Both the position numbers and the translations under genes were made by a program. 64,000 nt of DNA, taken from positions 1 through 64,000 of the IMG/VR virus record IMGVR_UViG_3300020048_000036. One strand, given 5' to 3'. Each line of letters begins with the position of its first letter. Position 1 is the first letter of the stretch. The notes below the pieces were generated by a model. That model saw nothing but the letters and a program-made list of their open reading frames with translations. It did not search any database and had not been told where the DNA came from. Positions 48,238 through 59,800 of this stretch are shown piece after piece. Origin of the DNA: a virus.

Positions 48238-50886
48238 ATGGCAACAGCATTTTCGCAACCAACACAGTTTACACCATACGTTGAGAATTGGGATAAAGAC
48301 CTAGTTCAAAAAGCCTTGATGTACAAACAAGGCAAGTACGACCTCAACCGCCAAAAAATACAGAGCACAATCAACAGTGCTATATCATTGGATTTGGCTA
48401 AGGACGAGGATGCGGATTATCTTTATGGTAAATTGAAAGAAACACTTGACGTAGTAAACCAATATGGTTCAGGTGATTTGTCATTGGATTCCCGCACAGA
48501 CTATCTTCAAGGACACATATCATCAGTTGCGGATGATAACGTAATGAACGGTTACCTTGGAACACTTAAACTACGTAACATACAAAAAGAAGCAGCAGCC
48601 GCAAAGAAAGACGGGTTGTATAGTGATTTGAATTTTGCTTACTCTATGCAGGATGCCCAAAAATGGCTGACGGATGGTACTGTAGGTTCAGAATATAGTG
48701 GTAATAGTTCTTATGTTCCTTACTCTGATAACAACAAGAAATTCTTGGACATTATTAAGGAACTTAAACCAAATGTAACAGCAGTAAGGAGACCTAACGG
48801 ACAATATGAATACTACTCCGAAAATGAGGTAATTGAACCCGCAACCATAAAAGGGGCGATTGAATTGTTACTTGATTCAGACCCAATGGCAGCAAGACAG
48901 ATGCAAGTCAATGCTTGGGGCCAGTTTCAGGGTATGGATGATAATACTTTTTTCGCAAATGTTGGAACAACCGTAAACTCATTAAGAAACGGTGTACAAG
49001 AAGACATCAAAAAACTAGAACAGCAAAAGGATAAAATTGGGAATAACACAAACCCAAAAGCAATAGAACTACAAAAGTTAATTGACTATCAAAATGAGCA
49101 ATTAAAATATGTAGAAAAATTATCAACAGATAGAACTGCACTTGAAAACTTTATCTACAAAAAAAGCACCCTTAACGGATATGCTGATGTATTTGCCGTT
49201 TCCCGCACCAAATCCGAGATAACAACAAATGACGGTTATTGGAAACAACTTGATTACGACCTAGCCAATAAGAAACTTCTAATGGAAAAAGGGTCAAAAA
49301 TGTTTGATGTTTACAAAGAAATAAATGCTTTAAAAAGCGACAAGAAATATGCCGAAGCGGAAGGTTTGTGGAACATTGCATTGGATAATGGTATTTTACC
49401 CACAAAAAGGATTGTTAATGGTCAAGAAATAGATAATACTTACACAAATGATATAGTAAATTACGCATCTAACAAATTAGTAGCAACAGGACAAGTTATT
49501 AATGAGGATGTGGCTATAGATAAGTTACAAGACCTTAACCAAAAGAATACCGAACAATACAGTGATTTAAGTAACAAGGTAAGAAACCTCCTACAGCATA
49601 GGTCAGATATTGATATTAACACCTATATTAAAGGTAACAATACTACACCAACTCCTTTAATACCTACTGGTGGAAGTCCAGTTTTAGGGGCTTCTGAAAA
49701 TATTTTAGACCTTGATGCCAGTATTGCTTTTCTTCAAAGTAAAAATACTTATGGTGAATATACTGATGTTATAAGGGAGTATAAAAAGTTGCAAGGGAAT
49801 ATTACTAAGGTCACAGAGGCGGAAACAAGTATAAAAAATCTAGCTACCCCTAAAGTAAGTACTTGGTTAAATAATCCTACCCAAGGAAGTACTTTTAAAA
49901 TAGGTGATGAGGGAGTAATTTATGATAATGGGCAGTACTATAGAACTAAGAAAGAATTAGTGTTCGGTATGGGGCCATCGGGAACGGGTTCTGCTAGTGG
50001 GGGTACAAATTATCAATATATTAAGCAAGAAATGTTAACTCCTTCCCAAGTAATGAATTTTGTACAAAATAAAACAGCAGAAGGCCAAAATGATATTTAT
50101 TTTAATGACATTAATGTAATACCTGTAGAAAATATTAAAAAAACAGCGGAAGGGTTTTTAACTAGCAATATGACTGGTGTTATAGCAAACACACAAACCT
50201 ACAATGTAAATACCCAAGACCCTAATTCAATGATTATGTTTGGAGAAGCTATGGGTATAATAAATGCAAAGGGGTACAAGTCTAATAAAGAGGGGGACAT
50301 GTATCTATTTAATCAAGACCTTGATAAATTAAAAGAGAATTATCTCAATCCTAGTGCAACAGTTGATAAACCTATGTTGGACAAACCTATAAACATGGTA
50401 TTTGACCAAGAAAATGACCAAGTATTAATTACTGTAGGTTCAGGGGAAGAAATAGAAACAGTTGCAATTCCAAGAAATGAGTTATCATCTGCCCCTACGT
50501 TGTTAAATCAATATAATAGACTTGTTAACGAGTTTGAAACACAAGGTTTATTGGAGGCTGAAAAAATAAAAATAAATACCAATATAAACAAAGCAGGGGG
50601 GAAAACAACTGAACTTATAGATAATGTATTATTACCCATAGGGGATTTTCAAATACCTATTTCCGTTAACATTGTAGGTACTAAAAATAATGAGGTATAT
50701 AGTTACTCCCCTTCATACACTTTTGATTTAGATGGTAAAACTATTGTTCTTTCGCAAGAAGACCTTGCCCCATTTTATAATACCCCGCTGGTCTCCTCTA
50801 ATTTTGATAACATTTATACAACCACTACAAGTATAAGTAGTGATGTAATAATAGCTGCATACAAACGTAAGTACGGGATAAAGTAA
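48238..50886 (+). CDS. Ejection/cargo protein
   Basis: 882 aa, helical N-terminus, Cys-free. Confidence 0.7.
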   Translation: MATAFSQPTQFTPYVENWDKDLVQKALMYKQGKYDLNRQKIQSTINSAISLDLAKDEDADYLYGKLKETLDVVNQYGSGDLSLDSRTDYLQGHISSVADDNVMNGYLGTLKLRNIQKEAAAAKKDGLYSDLNFAYSMQDAQKWLTDGTVGSEYSGNSSYVPYSDNNKKFLDIIKELKPNVTAVRRPNGQYEYYSENEVIEPATIKGAIELLLDSDPMAARQMQVNAWGQFQGMDDNTFFANVGTTVNSLRNGVQEDIKKLEQQKDKIGNNTNPKAIELQKLIDYQNEQLKYVEKLSTDRTALENFIYKKSTLNGYADVFAVSRTKSEITTNDGYWKQLDYDLANKKLLMEKGSKMFDVYKEINALKSDKKYAEAEGLWNIALDNGILPTKRIVNGQEIDNTYTNDIVNYASNKLVATGQVINEDVAIDKLQDLNQKNTEQYSDLSNKVRNLLQHRSDIDINTYIKGNNTTPTPLIPTGGSPVLGASENILDLDASIAFLQSKNTYGEYTDVIREYKKLQGNITKVTEAETSIKNLATPKVSTWLNNPTQGSTFKIGDEGVIYDNGQYYRTKKELVFGMGPSGTGSASGGTNYQYIKQEMLTPSQVMNFVQNKTAEGQNDIYFNDINVIPVENIKKTAEGFLTSNMTGVIANTQTYNVNTQDPNSMIMFGEAMGIINAKGYKSNKEGDMYLFNQDLDKLKENYLNPSATVDKPMLDKPINMVFDQENDQVLITVGSGEEIETVAIPRNELSSAPTLLNQYNRLVNEFETQGLLEAEKIKINTNINKAGGKTTELIDNVLLPIGDFQIPISVNIVGTKNNEVYSYSPSYTFDLDGKTIVLSQEDLAPFYNTPLVSSNFDNIYTTTTSISSDVIIAAYKRKYGIK

Positions 50887-50895
50887 AAACCAACC

Positions 50896-53800
50896 ATGAC
50901 CCAAGAAGAACTAAACCAATTACTTACTACAAATACCCCTACAACTAACGTAGCTCCACAGGAACCATTGGATTTTAACAAACTGTTATCTTCTGATGCT
51001 CCCGTAGGACAACTTATAGGAACGGAGAAGTTTATTAAGAGGGATATATACAATCCCAACTTAACCAATGCTGTTAGACCAATAGCGTTTAATGACATCT
51101 ATGCTTATACTGGCCCCAATTCAGGTTTTTTCCGTAAGTACCCTACATTTACCCCAGGTGAAAACAACGAGGTTATAAGTGCTGCAAACCAAAGTGGTTG
51201 GGAACTAACAGGTAATACATTAATGACATTCGGTACATTAATGGGTAGCACTATTGCCAATTATTTTGGTTCTACTGCTGCTAACATAGGAAAAATTGCA
51301 TCAGGTGATTATGAAAATTTCTTTGACTCTGAACTTACTGAATTTGCGGCAGGTGTTACGGAAGGGGTACAATGGAAATACCCTATTTACTCTACGGCAG
51401 AAATGCAGCAATACGAAGCAAACAATGTAGGTGCAGGGGCTTCAATAGGTAAATTCATTCCTGGTATTTCACCAAATTTTGGCAGGTACTCCGCAAGGCT
51501 TTTAGGCCAGTTAGGTTTTTCCGCAGGTACAGTAGTTACAGCCATAGGAGAAGAAATAGCTTTGGCTGCACTTACAGCAGAGGCAGGTGGAGCAGGTGCA
51601 ATAGTTAACGCACCAAGACAATTGTACAAAGTATTTAGGTCTTTCTCACAAGTATTAAAAAATGCTGATAGACTTTCAGACCTATACAAAACTACAAATA
51701 CTCTTGAGAAAGTAGGTAAGTCAGGTGTGTTTCTGTTACGTGAGGCAAATAGGGCTACAGGTGAAGCTAGGCTAGAAGCATTAATGGCTTCCGAAGCATT
51801 CAAGGTAAAAGAACTACAAGCCCTAGAAGAAAAAGGTATCTTTCCTACAGCAGAACAGCTTTTACAAATAGAGTTACAATCAGAGAAAGTAGGTAATGCT
51901 ACATTCAACTGGAACATGCCTATACTTATGGCTAGTAACATTATTATGTTAAACAACATAATAAAACCCAAGTCACTAAGTACTGGAAAACTAACATCAG
52001 AAGCCTCAAAGGTAGCTTTTAAAGATGGTGTATGGAGCACAAATAAGGAACTTATTAAAAATGGTTTCTTAAAATCCGTAGACCCTGCTTGGAACTGGTT
52101 GAAAAAAGCACCAGCGGTAACTTTTTCGGAGGGTATAGAAGAGGTAGCACAAGGTATAGGTAGCCGTGCAGCAGAACAATACTATAGTCTTCAAAATACC
52201 GATGCAGGTAAATCCAATACTAATTTTATACAATCTTTGGGAACCGAATTTTCACGTAGTTTCAGTACTGGTGAGGGTTGGGACGAGTTTGTGTCAGGAG
52301 CACTCACAGGTCTTTTGATTGGTAGTGGTCCTAACGCAATGAAAGTAAGGGAAGAGTATAGGGGCGCAACGGAAGTACGTGACCTACTTAACACCACTGC
52401 TAATGATTTAGTAAACAGTATCAACTACAAGAACCTCACAGAACAGGTTAACATGGCGGGAAAATCCGCAAATGAACTTGAAAAAGGTAATGTAAAGGCT
52501 GCAAAGGATATTCGTAATCAAGCTATGGTGGGTTTCTTCCAAGTAGCAAGGCGCACGGGAAAAGACAAAGAAGCAATCACAGAACTTATAGGTTACCTTA
52601 ACAACGCAAAAGACGAGAACAGGTTAGCAGTAGAGGAAATAACCAAGGACAAGACTATTGAGGAGTACCAAGCAGAACTTAATAAAAAATACGATGAGTA
52701 CACCAAGATAGCGGATATGTCCGAAAACCTGTTTTCAAAGGAACTAACTTCGGGGACAAAGATTGACCAAGGTGTAGCGGAGTTTGTAAAGAACCAATAT
52801 GTTACTGCTTTGATGGGCAGTTCTGATGCTCGTGAAAGGGTAGCTAGTATTAGTAGGGACCTAAATACCCTAACCCAAAACTCAAAGAACTCGTCTAAAA
52901 TAAATGAACTTACAAGGAACGTATTTGATTCCGAGGAACTTGCCCGTGTTATAGGCCAAGTAAGTTCTTCTATTGAAACTACAGAGGATTTCTTAACTAA
53001 TGTAAAAATAACCAAAGAAGAGCGTTACGCAAAGAACCAAGAACTAGAAGCGAATAGGAAACACCTTGCTAACCTACAATTGGTTAATGATGCGTTGTAT
53101 GGTACAAAAGAGAAATACTCTCCTGCACAAGCAAGTAAAAGGATTGTAGAGGCAATTAAGAATTATGACTCTAACGTAAATGTAGAGGAAGTTCAAAAAT
53201 TGGTAGATGACATGGTTCAACTTGAAACAGAGAATGAACAATTGACCTTTTTCGCCAACTACCTACACAATCCCCAATTCAGAAGCAAGTTTTATAATGC
53301 TGCAAAGGACATGCAGGATAAGTATAACAAAACACCCAAAGAAACTTCCGCACAAGAAACTGCACCGACAAGTCCAGAACAAGTAAATGAAACTTTAACT
53401 AATTCAGGACTTACAAAGGATAGTGTTGATACAGCAGTAACAGAGCTAAACAAAATCACCGAAAATGACGGGGTGTTTGAATATGCAGGTAATAGTTACG
53501 ATACAATAGAGGAAGCAAGAGAAGCAGTAGTAGAGAATTTACCAGTATCAGATAGGGCTTCCGCAAGAACAGTATTACCATCATTAGTACAACAAGCAGA
53601 AGCACAAAACGCACCACAAGAAATAGAGCGTGTTTCCACGGAACCAGTTACCCAAGCCGAATATGATAAATTCAAGGAAACCAATACAATCCCCGAAGAT
53701 GTAAGGACAAAATTATTTAATATTGACGGTGCTCTAACAACTCAAGAACAGGAGATGTTTGATTTCTTGCTTGAGGAAGATAAGAGTACCCAAACAGTAA

Positions 53801-56800
53801 CTAACACGGAAAAAGTACTTACGCCAAAAACAATGGCAGATGTACGTAAAGACCCGTTGGGATGGGGAGCTGGTTCCGATTCTGGAATATTAACTAACTA
53901 TTATAATGTAGTTGTAGGAAGGATATATGATAGTTTACCTTTTGCGCTTAAAATTTTGGGCCTAAAAACCTTACTTAAAGACTTTAAAGGAATAACCATT
54001 TCTACAATAAACCTTAATGACAATGTAATTAAGGACAATGTAAATACAATTGAAAAAGTTACGGTTGAACAAATAAGGACTGATATAGATGATAGAGGTT
54101 ATTCAGTTATCAAGGATAACAAAGGTAGGTTAATTATAGTAAGCAGGGGTAATAGGCTTGAAGCCAAAAATCTAATATCCAAACCAGTTGCAGAGGGTGG
54201 ATTAGGGTTGTATATGAACCCAAGTGCATACGGACGTTTTACGGAAGTACGTCAAGGTGGGCCAAAGGGAAAAACAATAGCTAGTTCTTTTGGTGAGGAG
54301 TCTTTTAATGTAGAATCATCCCGTGCAATAGCAACCGTTAGGAAGGGGGACAAGATTCAAGTATTCATTCCAAATAACAAATTTAACCAAGACTTATTAA
54401 AAACATTCCGCAAAGCCAAGGATGTAGAAAAAGCTTTTGCAAAACTAAAAGAAAGCCTTGTAATTGAACTTCGTAAAAACGGAGCCACAATAGGTGTGAT
54501 GAGGGCGGGGGATTACTTTAACGAGGATTCCAAAATGTCTCCAAAGGTCAAGTCATTTAGGGACAAAGCCGTAACAACCGCTTTGCTTACCCAACTAGGA
54601 CAAGAGGATATTATGATTGGTACTGTAGGTGTGTCAAGTATTGTAGCACAGCATACAGTAAATGTAAATGATAATGGTGATTATGTTTTCACCACACTTT
54701 CGGATTATGAACAATCCCAAAAGAGGAACAAGGACATCAAAATCACCTATTTTGTTGGTAATACCACCGAAACCGCTATTGATAAGAATGGTAAAGAGAT
54801 TTCCCGCAGCAGCGTTGGACGTGTAAAATCATTTATACCAAATGCTATTTATGTACAAATCAAGAACACCAAGACAGGTGAAGAGGCTTTGTTACAGGCA
54901 GTTGCGGAAGAAGCCCTAACATTTTCGCAAGAAGACTTGAAGAACAATGATTTTAAACAACAACTATCAATAAACCTACAACCCTCTGAAAGCCCATTAA
55001 TATCAAAAAGGGTAGCAATAGACGAAAACACATTCTCATCTAGTACAAGGGAAGAAACAAACAAAGCGGAACTAAGGCAAGAACTTGAAACAGCTCTTTC
55101 CGAAAGTCAAAATCTTACACTAGATTTGGGTGGAGTACAATTACCTTTAACTAATGTTGAAGCAGACTATGACTTACAAATCGTAACAGGTGTTGACCCT
55201 AATGGAAATAACCAAGTACTAAGTTTCCTTAATATAACTGGTGTATCGGAATATATAGATGTCCCGCAAGAAACCACTACAACCAATGAAGTTGTAAATG
55301 AAGAAACAACTAATGAGGTTGTGACTGACCCCACCACCACAACGGAACCACTTGAAGAAAGTATTCCTGAACTAAATACTGAACAAAAAGAAGATTGGAT
55401 AAAAGAAAACGGAGAGGTAGGAAAAACATATACGTTAGAAGATGGAACAACATTAGTTATCCAAAGGAAAGATGAAAACGGAACCGTAATTACAAAAGGT
55501 GGTTTCCTAATCAGGTTCAAACCAGATGGCTCCGAAGAAAGCATAGATATTCTAAAAACACTTGAAGAAATAGAAAATACAACTTTTTCGGAAGAAAATC
55601 TCTATAATATTTGGATTTCTCAAAAAGAAGGTTTATCTTTGAGGGATGAAATGATATTAGTAGTAAACAGTGAAAGAATAGCTAAGTTTAAAAAGACACA
55701 AGAACAAGTAATAAAGGACTTACAAAACGGATATGACAACTATCTTCCAATTGGCCTAAAGGATTTGTTAACAGCTTTAAATGTTAGACCAAATGAATTG
55801 ATGTTGGTACTTTCGCTAACCAACTTGGACTTGGTTCAAAAAGGAATAGAGGTGACTTCATTAGAACAACTAATGACAGAAGCCCAAGTTCCAACCGAAG
55901 TATCAGAAAGTATACAAGAGGTATTGTCTTTTGGAAGTTATATAGCTTTGTTCAATTTAGTAACAAGCGGAATACAAGTAAATGTAAGCAACAGAAAGTA
56001 TGAGCAAGGAGTACAACTTATGATGGAATTTGCCGACACTAACGCAGAAAATGCTATTAATGTTGAGATTTCCCAACAAGACGAGGAACTTATGGAAGCG
56101 ACCAATAAATTCGCAAAAGGCTTTAAATCACTTATGGGAAAACAAGGCTTGTTCGTGAAGGGATTAAACACATTAAGTGAATTAGCTAGTGACCAGATTA
56201 AGAGTGTTGCTACTGCTGTTAAAAACTTTGTGCTTACAAGCAATTATGACCAAGGGGATAATTTCATTAAGGCTTTTGTAACATTAAATCAAGCACTCCG
56301 TCCACATGGACTTGAAGTAAACTTGGAAAACCTGATAAAAGTAGAACCAAAAGGAATGTTTGACGTGGGCGTTGATTTCATACAGATTAACGATACAAAA
56401 AACTTCCTTAAAGAGTTCGATGATATATTGATGCAAAAGGAAAACCAAGAAAGGATTACCAACGGTAAGAACACAATTTTGATTAAGAGGGATAACGGTG
56501 GTCTATTTGAACTCCCAATACGTCAGATAAGCACTGTAATGAACGAAAACGAACAAAACGATAGTGTATACTTAAATGACATTTTAGAGCCTGTAGGTGT
56601 CTCTATTGAGGATATTTACGTAATTGCTAACCATACTGTTAACGGAAACGCAACTAGTCTTATTGAACGTAGTATTAGGAGGGTTAACCAAGAAACATTG
56701 GAAGCAAGGGAATCCTTTGTAGTTAATAGGGAACCAACAATAAATGGAAGTTCGCAAGAGGAATATTTTAACAAGAGCAAAGTAGAGAAAGAAGTAAAAA

Positions 56801-56817
56801 CCAAAACTTGTAGTTAA
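50896..56817 (+). CDS. Giant virion ejection protein (1973 aa)
   Basis: EGIEEVAQG-type N-domain with hydrophobic Gly/Ala helices; no RNAP catalytic motif seen. Confidence 0.75.
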   Translation: MTQEELNQLLTTNTPTTNVAPQEPLDFNKLLSSDAPVGQLIGTEKFIKRDIYNPNLTNAVRPIAFNDIYAYTGPNSGFFRKYPTFTPGENNEVISAANQSGWELTGNTLMTFGTLMGSTIANYFGSTAANIGKIASGDYENFFDSELTEFAAGVTEGVQWKYPIYSTAEMQQYEANNVGAGASIGKFIPGISPNFGRYSARLLGQLGFSAGTVVTAIGEEIALAALTAEAGGAGAIVNAPRQLYKVFRSFSQVLKNADRLSDLYKTTNTLEKVGKSGVFLLREANRATGEARLEALMASEAFKVKELQALEEKGIFPTAEQLLQIELQSEKVGNATFNWNMPILMASNIIMLNNIIKPKSLSTGKLTSEASKVAFKDGVWSTNKELIKNGFLKSVDPAWNWLKKAPAVTFSEGIEEVAQGIGSRAAEQYYSLQNTDAGKSNTNFIQSLGTEFSRSFSTGEGWDEFVSGALTGLLIGSGPNAMKVREEYRGATEVRDLLNTTANDLVNSINYKNLTEQVNMAGKSANELEKGNVKAAKDIRNQAMVGFFQVARRTGKDKEAITELIGYLNNAKDENRLAVEEITKDKTIEEYQAELNKKYDEYTKIADMSENLFSKELTSGTKIDQGVAEFVKNQYVTALMGSSDARERVASISRDLNTLTQNSKNSSKINELTRNVFDSEELARVIGQVSSSIETTEDFLTNVKITKEERYAKNQELEANRKHLANLQLVNDALYGTKEKYSPAQASKRIVEAIKNYDSNVNVEEVQKLVDDMVQLETENEQLTFFANYLHNPQFRSKFYNAAKDMQDKYNKTPKETSAQETAPTSPEQVNETLTNSGLTKDSVDTAVTELNKITENDGVFEYAGNSYDTIEEAREAVVENLPVSDRASARTVLPSLVQQAEAQNAPQEIERVSTEPVTQAEYDKFKETNTIPEDVRTKLFNIDGALTTQEQEMFDFLLEEDKSTQTVTNTEKVLTPKTMADVRKDPLGWGAGSDSGILTNYYNVVVGRIYDSLPFALKILGLKTLLKDFKGITISTINLNDNVIKDNVNTIEKVTVEQIRTDIDDRGYSVIKDNKGRLIIVSRGNRLEAKNLISKPVAEGGLGLYMNPSAYGRFTEVRQGGPKGKTIASSFGEESFNVESSRAIATVRKGDKIQVFIPNNKFNQDLLKTFRKAKDVEKAFAKLKESLVIELRKNGATIGVMRAGDYFNEDSKMSPKVKSFRDKAVTTALLTQLGQEDIMIGTVGVSSIVAQHTVNVNDNGDYVFTTLSDYEQSQKRNKDIKITYFVGNTTETAIDKNGKEISRSSVGRVKSFIPNAIYVQIKNTKTGEEALLQAVAEEALTFSQEDLKNNDFKQQLSINLQPSESPLISKRVAIDENTFSSSTREETNKAELRQELETALSESQNLTLDLGGVQLPLTNVEADYDLQIVTGVDPNGNNQVLSFLNITGVSEYIDVPQETTTTNEVVNEETTNEVVTDPTTTTEPLEESIPELNTEQKEDWIKENGEVGKTYTLEDGTTLVIQRKDENGTVITKGGFLIRFKPDGSEESIDILKTLEEIENTTFSEENLYNIWISQKEGLSLRDEMILVVNSERIAKFKKTQEQVIKDLQNGYDNYLPIGLKDLLTALNVRPNELMLVLSLTNLDLVQKGIEVTSLEQLMTEAQVPTEVSESIQEVLSFGSYIALFNLVTSGIQVNVSNRKYEQGVQLMMEFADTNAENAINVEISQQDEELMEATNKFAKGFKSLMGKQGLFVKGLNTLSELASDQIKSVATAVKNFVLTSNYDQGDNFIKAFVTLNQALRPHGLEVNLENLIKVEPKGMFDVGVDFIQINDTKNFLKEFDDILMQKENQERITNGKNTILIKRDNGGLFELPIRQISTVMNENEQNDSVYLNDILEPVGVSIEDIYVIANHTVNGNATSLIERSIRRVNQETLEARESFVVNREPTINGSSQEEYFNKSKVEKEVKTKTCS

Positions 56818-56818
56818 C

Positions 56819-59800
56819 ATGGCTTGTACAATTAAAAGAGATGAAAACGGAATAATAAGTGTACTAGCTGAAAATGGTAATAAATCACTATTATACCAAT
56901 CTATACTTAAACTGCCCTTCACCAAAAGTGAAGAGGATGCGCTTAATTATTACCAAGCAGCGTTAAAATACAAAGGTTCAGATTATCTAGTTGACATTAA
57001 TAATGAGCCTATTTTAATGTTTGCCTCACTTTCCGCATCAAACACCCTCGCTCTACCAAATAAAACAGTACTTACGTCATCTTATACAGAAGCACTTGCC
57101 CAAGATAAGGAGCAGAAAGGTATTGAAGTAGGATTTTTAAAGAAAAGCAAACCACTTGATTTAGGTCAAATCTCCGACAATAACTTCTTTTCAAAAATGC
57201 GGAACATTTCCGCAAGGACCAACGGTCAAGTGATAGGACACAATGAAAGCGGAACAATACTTGTATCAGACCCATCAACAAATAACTTCAAACCAATTAC
57301 AAAAGTAAACCCCCAAGCAATTGATAATACTCTAGGTGGTTTTATACAAAATTTGGTAAGCAGTAACTTAATCAAAGCCGAGAAAATCCCCGCAACAAAC
57401 CTACAACAAGAAGAATCAACTGTAGTTTTTAAGGTATTTGATATGGGAAACAACGACATATCAGTAATGGCTATTGAGGAAGGAAGAAAAATAGGTGTAC
57501 TACGTTTAATAAAGAAAGGGGATATAATCCAAGTACGTGAAGTAAGAGTAGATAAGGGTAATAGAAAGAAAGGTATAGGAAGGGAACTGTACTTTACTGC
57601 AAGGGAAGAACTGGGCCAGGATATATACTCAGATGCTTTCCATTCCCCCGAAGTTATTATGTTGTGGGAGAGTTTAGTACGTGATGGTTTTGCTGAAAAA
57701 ATAGGACCCAAAACTACACCTGTTACTAAAAGAACAGAGGAAGTAAGTAAAGGTGTAGAAGCCGTTAGGAAAATAGCAGCAGAGTATAAAAAGTTGAACA
57801 AAATTAAAGGAACTGCACCTCTTGTTGTTACTGCGCTGGAAACTACTGTTTCAGAAGAAATGGCAAGAGAGTACGAGTTAGTAGAAGATAGGCCCAATAA
57901 CCCAGAAGTAAAGAAATCATATGCTGCTTTAATTGCAGAAACCATAGCACAGTATGATTTTATTGTAGGTAAAGGATTACAAGTAGAAAAATATCTAGGA
58001 AAAGGGGAACCTTACCAAGATTCTAAAGAAATGTTGGAAGATTTAAGAACCAATAATACTCTTAAATTCTTACCAAACGATGAGGCATTTGGCGAAGGTG
58101 CAGAAATATACAAAGACAGTATTGGTTTACAACCTAGTGGTAGATTTTTGGCAGATGGTTACCAATTAACTAACTCAGAAGTATTTAGGATTGTACATGA
58201 TTACTTTGGGCATGGTATACTGGGAAATCAATTTGGGGCAATCGGTGAAGAAAATGCAACACTACAACACTTGGATTTATACTCTGACGAAGCAAAACCT
58301 GCTGTTGTGTTCCAAACAAGGGGACAAAATAGTTGGGTAAACTTTTCTGGGGAAAATAAAGAAGTATTTTCAATGTTTGCCGAGGCAAAAAAGCTTAAAA
58401 ATGAAGGTAAATCAGAAGAGGCAAAAAAAGTTTTAGATAAAGCAAGGGAAGCGTTTAAATTTGCAAAACCAAAAGAAGGTATATTTAAAAACAAATACAA
58501 TTTCAAAAAATATGACACAGCAAGAAGAATCAGAGAGCAAGAACAAATCGAAAGAGCTAACGATGCCAGAACGAATGAAAGTAATGACTTACGAAACTCA
58601 TTACCAATCATTAGTAAAAACAATGTTACAACGAGGGGCATCAACAGAAGAAATAGACAAGGAAATACAAAAATACAGTCACATGTATTAAAAAATGTAA
58701 CTGAGGTATCTTTGTCCAGTGAAGCCCAAGAAGCCATTAAAAAGGCTTTTCCCAAAATAACGACTTTTCCTAAAATATTTGAAATAAAAGATGGAGCAGT
58801 ATATAGGGACTTACAGATAAAAGGACTTGAAGGAGTACCTATGTCTAGTTCTGTAACTATACATTCTACCGAAGAGTACAACACTATGAGGATGTTTGTA
58901 ACTGAGGATGGTTACACAGGTATTACTATAACAAAAGATGGTCACTTAGGAGGTGCATTTAGTAGTGAAAAATCAGGTAGAAGTGCAGATTTAGCGCAAC
59001 TAATGGTTATAGGGGTTAAGGAAGGAGCTACTAATGCAGAAGCATTTGATACATTTTTACCCGATTACTATACTAAGTTTGGGTTCAAAGCAGTAAGTAC
59101 TGTAGCTTTTAATGAAGAAGTTGCCGAGGGAAATGGTTGGAACTACGAAGAGTACAAAGGATACAATAACGGTAAACCTGATATAGTTCATTTTATCTAC
59201 GATGGGGGAGATAGGGCCACAATAGAGGAAAGGTTAGACCAATTTGACACGTACAGTGATTACCAAAAAGAGGAAGTTAAGAAGTTTGATAAAAACTCTT
59301 ATGATGAATCATATAAGTACATGGAAGTAGAGGTTGTAAAAAGGTACAACTTTGAGAAAGAACAAAATAGAACAGGGTACAAACTAACTAGTGTTCCAAG
59401 TGATATTAAATTCCAAACCTCTACTGTAGAAGAAGTTGTACAAGAAGAAGTAATAGATGAAGTAATAGGTAGGTTAAAATCAGCAGGACTAACAAGCAAC
59501 ATATTTCAACTTTCGCAAGAAGAAATCACCCAAAAATTAGAGCAATTAGGTAGCACACCTGTAAACAGTATTTCTAAAGGCTTTATAGTAACGGAGAACG
59601 GTCAGAAAAACGTGTATCTTAATAAAGATACTATGACATTGGATACACCTTTGCATGAGGTTGCGGGACATGCCATGCTGGATTTTGTAAAGGTAAAGGC
59701 AAGGAATATCTATGATAGGGGTATGACATTGGTAAGCCAAGAACTCCGCAAAGAAAATTCAAGCATCCAAGACGTAATAGATTATGTAAGAACCACACAA